From positions 85,643,787-85,707,786 of the forward strand of contig NC_068985.1 of NCBI RefSeq assembly GCF_001194135.2: a DNA stretch of 64,000 nt, written 5' to 3'. Positions 54,935 to 64,000 of this stretch are shown one piece after another (the stretch's first letter is position 1; each line of letters opens with the position of its first letter). The translations under genes were made by a program, and so were the position numbers. Origin of the DNA: Octopus bimaculoides. Taxonomy: Eukaryota. The notes under the pieces were generated by a model. The model saw nothing but the letters and a program-made list of their open reading frames with translations. It was not told where the DNA came from and searched no databases.

Positions 54935-55177
54935 GGTGCACCATTCTTGTGTGGGTCGTTGCCTGTGCCGCCTGACTGGCTCCTGTGCTGGTAGCACGTA
55001 AAAAGCACCCACTACACTTGCGTTAGGAAGGGCATCCAGCTGTAGAAACATTGCCAGATCAGATTGGAGCCTGGTGAGGTCTCCTGGTTTGCCAGTCCTC
55101 AGTCAAACCGTGCAACCCATACTAGCATGGAAAACAGACGTTAAACGATGACAACGATGATGACGATGATGATGATG
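54935..55177 (+). mobile_element. RTE-tail family copy with one unit
   Basis: CCTGACTGGCTCCTGTGCTGGTAGCACGTAAAAAGCACCCACTACAC...(GAT)n. Confidence 0.8.
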
Positions 55178-55355
55178 TCAAGGTGCAGGAATGGTTTTGT
55201 GGTACGTAACCTGCTTACCTGCGAGATACCTCCTCATCTGCCATGACCATGTAACATGTGGTTGACCAACACCAGCCATTAATCCAACTGGATTCTCAGT
55301 GAAGAGAACATGGTAAGCAGGATCTAATCAGAAAATCAGGCAACATGGGCAAACA

Positions 55356-55400
<45 letters not shown>

Positions 55401-55530
55401 ATGTATGTATATATGTATGTATGTATGTATAGATATAACATACATACATACATAACCTATGCCTGCATGGTAAAAGGGACATTAAATGATGATGATGCAC
55501 TCAAATTTGTAAGCATCCCATATTTTGTTA

Positions 55531-55670
55531 TAGGTGCAAGAGTGGCTGTGTAGTAAATAGCTTGCTTACCAACCGCACGGTTCTGGGTTCAGTCCCACTG
55601 CATGGCACCTTATAGCCTTAAGTCAACCAAAGCCTTATGAATGCATTTGGCAGATGGAAACTGAAATAAG
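55531..55670 (+). mobile_element. SINE family B copy
   Basis: GAGTGGCTGTGTAGTAAATAGCTTGCTTACCAACC...GGGTTCAGTCCCACTGCATGGCACC. Confidence 0.8.
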
Positions 55671-56186
55671 TTACCAAAAGGTAAGATAGTCAAGGCAGGA
55701 ATGCTTTTGGTGATAGACTTTCCAGATCAGAGCTGACCAAGGGTTGATCACCGACAATCAATCTCAATAAACAAATCAATAATTGCTACTTGAAAGTAAA
55801 CACCATGAAAACAGACATTTTAATTTTGCTTTCTAACAAATATGGTGAGTTTGTGAATTTCTGATTGATGACTGTAATATATCTTGGTCTTAGAGGAAGA
55901 CATGACAAAACAGTATCAATTTTACAAACTGAATAGACACTTCAATATTAACCAATAATATCAGGAAATTCTTTACCATTTACCAGTCTAACATTCTTAT
56001 TAACTCCATCTGGGTTTTAAAAACAGAAATAACTATTGTAATTCTTTCTTGCTTTCTTTCTTTTCTCCAAAATAACACAACAAAAATTAAAGAATCTTTT
56101 AAACTATTGAACTCATAATATTGCACAGAAGTCTGTCATTAAAAGGACATTCTTCATATTGGATCAGTTCCATTGGTCAACGATAA

Positions 56187-56223
<37 letters not shown>

Positions 56224-56638
56224 TCATCATCAGTTTTTGTCTTGGCATTAGTGATAATAAGTTTATTGTATACAGTGATCAGGTACAAGTCATTAGAAAA
56301 GGTTGAAAGAAGGGACAGAGAGCCGACCAATAAAGTCAAGAAAGACAGCAATGAAAGCTAAAAGTGCACAGAAAAAAAACAAAAAAAAACAGAAAAAGAG
56401 TGGAAAGTGATAAAGAGGAAAGGGTGGACATAGGTATGGCAGGGGTATTTTTGGGTAATTTGGAGAAGTAGAGAATCTTTGAAGGATACAAGTGTTTTGA
56501 CAGCTAACAAGTGATGTGGTTAGTTACATCGATGTTTTGACAATACTGAGTATGAAATAAAGACTTCCAAAACCCTTCACTGTTGAGATTGCAGACCATG
56601 TGTAAACCACTCAATTGTTCTGTGAATAACCAAAGAAT

Positions 56639-56704
56639 ATTGGTAGATCTTCTCTGATGAGGGGGTAATTATCCCTGAAACCAATCTATAAGAGGATTTC
56701 CAAT
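56639..56704 (+). ncRNA. Type I minimal hammerhead ribozyme fold (Penelope/retrozyme type), probably decayed
   Basis: Stem I 56639-56653 pairs with 56691-56704 (14 bp, one bulge, 2 GU). Core CUGAUGA 56654-56660, stem II GGGGG-loop-UCCCU, GAAA 56677-56680, UA cleavage site 56689-56690. Confidence 0.7.
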
Positions 56705-56857
56705 TATGTTTCTATTTAATGCAGAGAATAATAGAATATCTCCACATTGTCTGCAATCTCTATAGAGATGTCTCACAAATAAATAATGGCAGATATATTT
56801 ACATTACACATGGCTTGGGTATTCTGAATAACATTGTATTCTATATAATTATGTATT

Positions 56858-56902
<45 letters not shown>

Positions 56903-56954
56903 TATACACATCTTATCACTTCAGTCTTGCTTTGTTCTGAATTCAATCTTTGAT

Positions 56955-58020
56955 TTAATATTATTATTACTGTTATTATTATTATTATTATTATTATTCA
57001 GTAGTCTTACTTTTATCATGTGCTTTCACTGCACTACTGAGCATAGCTCTGTGTGCCCTGGGTATGTACTGTGGTTTGTTGTAGTGCTCTTATTTTCACT
57101 GTATTGAAAGTGTTTTACGTAGGATGTGTGCGGTGCCTAGTAGTGCTATTTTCTGTATGTTATATATACTTGTAAGTCCTGGTGTTTTTGTTATGTATTT
57201 GTCTGAATGTTTTTTTTTTATCATACCTATCATATGAATTGTTTCTGTTTTTTAGACTCCACATTCGAGTTAGCTCTATTTCCAGATCTTTGTATTTTGA
57301 AAGTTTTTCAGTTTCTTTTGGAGAAACATTTTCATCTGTTGGTATTGATACATTGATTAGATAGCATTTATCTTGGTGATCTTTGACAACTATATCCAGC
57401 CTATTGGCCTTAATTTCTCTATCTGTGTGTATTGACATATCCATTTTCTGTGACCTTTTCTGGCATGTGCCTCTACTATCTTTTTTCTGTTGTTATTCCA
57501 TAGTGTTGACATAGCTTTCAGTGTATATAGGTCCCAACTCTGTCATGTCTGTGAATATATTCCTTCATAGCCAGGATTGGGCAGCCAGAGACAATATGAT
57601 TTATTGTTTCTTCTCCATCACCACATATTCTACAGTTACTTGTATTTCCTTTCATTACAAGTTTTCAGTAATTTCTAGTAAGAAGGCCTTGATATTGTGC
57701 TACAATTAAAAAGCCTTCAGTCTCTGCTTTGAGTCCTGAGCTTCTCAGCCATTGTAGGGATTTTGCTTTGTTAATTTCTTTTCTGTTTAGTTTAACCCAA
57801 TATTTGCCAAGAAGGGGCTTTTCTTGCCATCGTTTTATCACATTACATTGCTGTTCTGGTTTTAGTTTGGATTTCAGTTGTTTTACAACTTTTGTTGTTT
57901 CTTCTTTTTCTTCATAGTTGTTAGGTAGTATGACTTCTTTTTTGTATTTGTCAGCTTCCTTAAAGACTGAAAAACAGTTTTTTGTTTTGTTCATGTTTTG
58001 TGGCTATTTTCATTAGTTTT
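56955..58020 (-). mobile_element. 5'-truncated R4/Dong-type LINE with (TAA)n tail
   Basis: WQEKPLLGKY...SLQWLRSSGLKAETEGFLIVAQYQGLLTRNY and TDREIKANRLDIVVKDHQDKCYLINVSIPTDENVSPKETEKLSKYKDLEIELTRMW. The 3' UTR ends in TAA repeats at ~56955-57000. Confidence 0.9.
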
Positions 58021-58050
58021 CCTTGCTTCTGAAGTGGGTATTTCTGTAGT

Positions 58051-58085
<35 letters not shown>

Positions 58086-58309
58086 GCATACACAACAGTG
58101 CAAGCTATGGACATATAAGAGGCACAGCATTGGAATTACAGGAGGGTTAACAGAGACAGCAGACTTTGTTTGTGGCAGATCTGCAGGAGCAGTAAACACT
58201 TGGATGGTTTAAAAGTGGGATTTAAACTCTGAGCAAATACCACAAGGATCTTGATTTAACATTCAAAAAGCTCCATCAGTTTACTGCAAAAGTATTAAAA
58301 TTGCATCAA

Positions 58310-58561
58310 TTAACCCTTTTGGTGCCAACCAACCCGAGACCATTTCTTGATCTCTAAGACTTAAATCATTTGTTTTAAAGTCTTTATATTTGAATTGTTA
58401 CAAATTCTATGTAGAAGTGTTTATTTTTTATATTCCAAATACCAGCTTATAAATAGCAGAGTTAGTTATTTCACTAAACATCCCTAGAGTCAACATTATT
58501 TTCAAACTTCCCTGAAACAAACAACTTATTTCATAAAAAATATGGCAAGAAAAGAGTTTAA
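58310..58561. mobile_element. piggyBac-like MITE
   Basis: TTAA-CCCTTTTGGTGCC ... GGCAAGAAAAGAGT-TTAA. Confidence 0.6.
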
Positions 58562-59120
58562 AATAGGAAAACTACAAACTGAAATTTTAACATCTTGATA
58601 ACTATTCTTTTATTCTTTTACTTATTTCAGTGATATGACTGCGGCCAAGCTGGAGCACTACTATGTTTCATTTATTGAATAAAGACGTATTTAACAATTT
58701 TTTTTTGTAATTTCTATTAATATATTTCATGTCTAAAATATATAAATACCATTTCTCATACATTTTTCTGACTTTATGTATAAAATGAGCCAAAATATTT
58801 TTATTTGCTTGAAAGTGTACTGAGGGTATAAAAGGTCTGAGAACTAATGGCACAAAGCTAATAAACTGTCAACACATTAGTTGTAAGTTCAAATCCACAG
58901 CTTGTCTTTCGATTTGCTTTTTCACATTCACAGTTTGTTCAGTGAATACAAATACACATTTTTGTAAAGTAAAATCAAGCTGATAAAATCTAATGTTTTA
59001 TTTTAGACAGAGGATGTTGTACCATAACTTCCATTTTAGAATTTTTTATAAAGAAGTTAAAAAAACACCAGCATCAGTCATTGCTGTTACCAACATCCTC
59101 AACATCCTGTTGTTACTAGT

Positions 59121-59328
59121 TTAACCCCTTTTGTTATCAACCAGTTCAAGGCCTCTCCTGGTTCTATGATGCAAACTTGCTGTTTTAAAGGGATCCAAAT
59201 TAAAACCTTCCATCAAAATTTCTATGTTAATCTATGTTCCAAACACCAGATCCTTAACAAAGTTCTTTTACTCAATTCTTCAGTTTCAAAATTAATTGAA
59301 ACAGAAATATGGTAACAAAATGGGTTGA
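59121..59328. mobile_element. piggyBac-like MITE
   Basis: TTAA-CCCCTTTTGTTATC ... GGTAACAAAATGGG-TTGA. The interior is shared with the 58310, 61545 and 63423 copies. Confidence 0.65.
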
Positions 59329-60647
59329 TGTCCATTTTCCCACTACCCCTGCCCTGTGACACATTTCCATCTGTTTGAAAACTTCAATACATTTTTAATA
59401 GCTTTCTAAGGTTTCATCTTTCTCACCCAAAGTCTTTTTCACCTTCCTTCTATTCTCTGTATCAAAACTTTGTAGCAGCTTCCTAATCAACATATCTTAC
59501 TCTAACATACGCCTCAGTATTTATTCCGTTACTGTAACTAAAGCCTCGAACCATTTTAATATTCACTCTCGTTCAACTTCTCTTCAAAACATTGACGATA
59601 CATTATTAATCTATTTTATTCCAATTCCTTCAGGCTGTTTTTTACCTCCACATGCGCATTACATCAACCACTCTTTGTTGCCAACAGAAGCAGTCGTTCA
59701 CTACTCACCTACGTTCCTTACACTCCATGCACAACACATTCTACAATTACTGCTTCTAATGAAAATACTCATTCCTCACCTAATATGAGTCCCAGATATG
59801 TAAAAAAACTAATAAAGTCTGGTGAATTTAGTGATGGAAACTTTTTAAAACATTTCAATTGAAGTCCATTTGTTAGATTTAAAATTTCTTTCTGAATCTT
59901 TTTGAATTTTTTGTAATGTAACCTAAATTTTAAACATACAAAAATTAAAAAAAGATCATTTCTAATTTTTTTAGAAGAGCTTTCAAGACTCTAAACACTT
60001 TGCCTTGCCATGAAATATATATACATATGTATATGTGTGTGTGTGTGTATGTTCAGACCCCCCCATCTGTTTGGTATGTTTTATCATACGATACCAAGAT
60101 ACCTTGGTTTTTGCATTTTAACTGAATTAACTTTTACTGGAACAGGCCAAACCATGACCACCCACCCTCCTCACATTCCATTATCACTGATGATGGAAGA
60201 ACAGAGAACAGAATTTACCCGAAGATGATGATGATTCAAAGTTGTTACCTATGATAAAAGTCACTTTTCAACTATTTATCCAAATCTAGCATTTTCAGAG
60301 TACATTTGACTGTTGATCATGTGACTTCATCTAAAAATAAATCTAGAGTTATTTGCTCTTTGTTAAATGCATTTTATGAAATACCCCCCCCCTCCCCACC
60401 AACCTCAACGTTTCTAGTTTTCCATCGAAACTATGTTTTGCTATAATTTTTTATTCCATGTTCAGTGTGTAACTGAACTTATTCCTATGATCTTCTTCTT
60501 TTTGCTGTTTCTTTCCAATTTTCATTCATTTAACATCTTTTCTCTTCCATTCCAGCATCAGTTTGGATGGAGATTTCTTGGAGTTAAGATTATTCTGCTG
60601 GATTTTATTCCTCTCATTAGTTCATACTTGTTTCTTTAAGAAAAGCA

Positions 60648-60795
60648 CACACCTGGCTGCATGGTCAAGTTGTTTGCTTCCCAACCGCATGACTCAGTCA
60701 TGGGTAAGTGTCTTTTACTGAAGACATATGCTGCAGGTGGATCAAAGCACTGTGAGACGATTTAGTAAACAGAAACTAAAAGAAGCCAGCCATAT
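60648..60795 (+). mobile_element. SINE family B copy
   Basis: TGGCTGCATGGTCAAG..GTTTGCTTCCCAACC...AGAAACTAAAAGAAGCC. Confidence 0.65.
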
Positions 60796-61306
60796 GTACA
60801 TAAGTTTATGTGTGTGTACGCACATACACACATCTTTTTTGTATGTATTGTATTTATGGTTCAAACTCCAGCCACTTTCTCTCCTCTTCTACCCCCGCCT
60901 CCACTACTCCATACCCTCCCCTGTATTCATACCCTACTCTTTCCCATCTGGGTAACCTCAGGCTTGCCTTCCCCTCACTGTTCTTGCTGCTCTCATCCTC
61001 TGTTTATATTTATTTCTGTACACATGCATATATAAATGGGCTTCTTTCAGTTTCCATCAACCTAATCTACTTAAAAGGCTCTGGTCAAACTGGGGCTAAA
61101 ATAGAAGACACTTGCCCAGGGTGCCATGCAGTGGGACTAAACGCAAGACCACATAGTTGAGAAGAAAGCTCTTTATCAAACAGTCATACCTGATGATGAT
61201 GATGATGATGATATATGATGAAGTTCAATTCATAAATATGGAACTGAAACACCAGAAGTGAAGACATTAAAGTATAATCACCAAAGCAAGTATTTCCGAC
61301 ACTCAC

Positions 61307-61423
61307 ATGACAACAAACAAATGCATTATGGGATTCTTCAACGACAAGAGTGTTGTCATCTCCAATGGTATCATTGACTTTATCAACAAAGTAATGATGG
61401 AGCCTTTTAGACAATTGTTCTAC
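61307..61423 (-). CDS. Candidate 117-nt frame-preserving exon
   Basis: Acceptor GCTATTTCTTGCAG, donor CAT|GTGAGT. Reads VEQLSKRLHHYFVDKVNDTIGDDNTLVVEESHNAFVCCH. The acceptor lies inside a dispersed repeat. Confidence 0.25.
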
Positions 61424-61544
61424 CTGCAAGAAATAGCAGCTAAACCCTCCTCAAATAATATGTTACCATTTTGAAAGAAACAAATGGAAGGATTACTATG
61501 GCTGGATTCATTTTAATTATAGATCTCATCTATTACAGCTGAAA

Positions 61545-61780
61545 GGGTTAAAACTTATGATACCAGCAGGCTTAAGACCATCTTTGATTTCATAAGGCAG
61601 ACATCCTGTCTTAAAGTGGTGTTAAATTAAGATCTTCTGTCGAAATTTTGTGTTAATTTATGTTACAAAAAACCAGCTTAATAACAACAAAGTTATTTTG
61701 CTAAATTTTTGAATATTTTGAAAATCAATTAAAACAAAAGCTGAGTATTGCAACCGAAATCTCATAAGAAAAGGGTTTTG
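61545..61780. mobile_element. piggyBac-like MITE with decayed ends
   Basis: The interior (TTAAA..CTTC.GTCGAAATT...TTTATGTT..AAA.ACCAGCTTAATAA..ACAAAGTT) matches the family; ends near AAGAAAAGGGTT. Confidence 0.5.
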
Positions 61781-62692
61781 ATACAAGAACCAGCCAGGCA
61801 GGGAATTGGCAGAAGCAACAGAGTGCTGGACTAATTCAAACCTCCACTTCATTTACAAATTACTACCTCATGCTTAAAAAAAAACTAGTTGAAGGAAAAA
61901 TCTGAAAGATTTGATTATTATTGTTGTTATTATTATTATTATTGTTATTATTATTATTATGATGATGATGATGATGTCTATCTGAAAGAAAAAAAAAACT
62001 AATGTTGAATGTGAAATTCTAACAAATTATTGGTCAATGAAATATGTTTTCTTCATCAGTTAAAAGAGATCAATATATAAGTTAACAGAAATCAATATAT
62101 AATAAAGACTGGAGCAGCAAGTTGGCAAAAAATGTCAGGGTTACTGGACTAAATGGATTAAAAGAATTTAGTTTGATTCGTCTCAGTTCAAAGTGTGTCG
62201 GCAAGTCTGAATGTTGTTGATTTTGCTAATTTTGCAGTCCATAAAAATCAGTAACAATGCTAATATATGATGATCAATTTAATCAGCTAGATGGCAGCAC
62301 TCACTGTAGAGCTGAGTTTTTGTGCTTAATGAAAAGAAATCTATATTCTCTAAACAATTCTAGTCTTCAATGCCTACCAATGTAACACTCTCCAACATTT
62401 ACCATTTACTTCTTTCAACAAGTAAAGTCTGTGTTTCACTGATGAGATCATAATAAGGCCAAAATATATCCAGAGTTATCCCTCATACTTGATGAAATAA
62501 TTGCTTTTTTCCCCAACAAATTATTTATTATTTCTTGTTATATTTAAATGTTCCCTCCATTAAATATGATAGCACTAACTTAACATTTCCCAGTGATTTT
62601 TATCAATGTTTTCTAGAATATTAGTATCTGAAGGATTAGAGCTCAACTCTTCTTGTCATAGGATTAAGAGAATGAGAGAAGAACTTAAGCAC

Positions 62693-62845
62693 AAGCATGG
62701 ATGTGTGTTTAAGAAGTTTGCTTTCCAGTCATATAGTTTCGGGTTCAGTCCCACTGTATGGCACATTGGGCAAGCATCACCTACTATAGCCTCAGGACAA
62801 TCAAAGCCTTGTGGGTGGATTTAATAGAGAGAAGCTGCAAGAAGC
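62693..62845 (+). mobile_element. SINE family B copy
   Basis: GGGTTCAGTCCCACTG..TGGCACATTGGGCAAG...AAAGCCTTGTGGGTGGATTT. Confidence 0.75.
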
Positions 62846-63422
62846 CAATCATATTTTGTGTGTGTGTGTGTGAGTCCACAAATCTGCCCTTGTCTTTACT
62901 TTGCAAAAATACAATGATCAGAGATGAAATATTTTTTCCTAGGAACCTACACAGTCTGGTAATTCTTTTTTATCAACCTTAAAAGGATGAAAGACAATGT
63001 TGACTTTGGTGGGATTTGAACTCAAAGCATCAGGACTTGAGTCAGAATAAATACAACCACACATTCTATCTAATACAGCCAACAGATAATTCAGATGTGG
63101 CTTGACAAGACTTAAGAGGGTTGGAGGAAACAGCTTGTGGTGTCTGCCTGACACCAATAAATGCAATGACACAGGTACCAAGCTGTATCAGGCCAAGTCG
63201 AGAACCTTTGGGGTGGGGGATGAGTCGGGGAGAAGGAGAGAAATACATGAATGATGGACAACTGTCACACTTTCTAAAAACATTTTATGTAGGCTGCCAT
63301 GTATAGAGGTACAGGCAATATCCACTGAGAAGAGATCTAGACTAAACAAACACAAATTCAGACTCGAAGAAGCAAATCATTGAGTAATAAATATTTCTGG
63401 CCAACGACTTTTAAATTTTCTG

Positions 63423-63622
63423 TTAACCCTTTTGTTACCATTTTTCTGTTGAAATAGTTTTGTTTCAAATAATTTTGAAAATAAGAAAGAATTTAGTGAA
63501 ACGACTGTTATTAATTAAGCTGGTGTTTGGAACATTGGTTTTAAGTTAAAACACTTTAAAACAGGAAGTTTATGTCATAGAACAAGGGACAGTCTCAGGC
63601 AGATTGGTATCCAAGTGATTAA
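63423..63622. mobile_element. piggyBac-like MITE, opposite orientation
   Basis: TTAA-CCCTTTTGTTACC ... GGTATCCAAGTGA-TTAA. The interior is the reverse complement of the 59121 copy (GCTGGTGTTTGGAAC, TTTAAAACAGGAAG). Confidence 0.65.
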
Positions 63623-63914
63623 GACACACAAACTGTTAATCTCTTAGTAGGATTACCTAGTCTTACACATATATATATGGCTTGTGTGTTTTCTCGTCTA
63701 CGTTTTGTTTGCAATGTCCTGTACCCAGATATGCACCTATACATACAGGTGGATGTCGGTATGCACATACCTGTACATATATATGCATATACTCATTTAC
63801 TATTTGTTTTTACATGACTGAACGCAGCGTCTCCAATTTGTAAGTAGTTTTCGTAACTTTATATTTTCCGACGCTACTCTATCTCTTTCTCTTTCTCTTC
63901 CTCTATCATTTTTC

Positions 63915-63993
63915 CCCCTCTCGTTCTTCCTCTTTACTACTACGTATCTCGCTTTACCCCTCTCGTTCTTCCTCTGTTACTACTACGTATCTC
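63915..63993. repeat. Two-copy ~43-bp tandem repeat
   Basis: CCCCTCTCGTTCTTCCTCT(G)TTACTACTACGTATCTC occurs twice. Confidence 0.85.
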
Positions 63994-64000
63994 TTTTTTC

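Noticed and set aside
59330-60010. Possible DNA-transposase relic
   Set aside because: The composition is TE-like but no motif could be recognised in any frame.

Overview
AT-rich, gappy animal genomic DNA, almost entirely non-coding. The repeat landscape suggests an octopus or other coleoid cephalopod (inference, not searched): very dense (TA)n/(CA)n/(GA)n/(GATA)n/(GAT)n microsatellites, several high-copy tRNA-headed SINE families and many decayed LINEs. No intact host protein-coding gene is recognisable. Most ORFs in the track are artefacts of microsatellites or N-gaps. Real protein homology is limited to dead mobile elements: five R4/Dong-type LINE pieces, a NeSL/R2-like C-terminus, a Tx1/L1 3' end, a CR1/L2-like 3' end, RTE-type 3' tails, a Penelope-like GIY-YIG fragment and a Helitron PIF1 helicase with its CTAG 3' end. 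There are also TA-flanked fold-back MITEs and TTAA-flanked piggyBac-like MITEs. The most interesting unannotated signals are a type I minimal hammerhead ribozyme fold at 56639-56704, a pre-miRNA-like hairpin at 13755-13813, a long fold-back at 39414-39622, variable-number 60-66 bp tandem units in the RTE tail, and a few small candidate exons with good splice sites but no identifiable product. Repeat boundaries are approximate.
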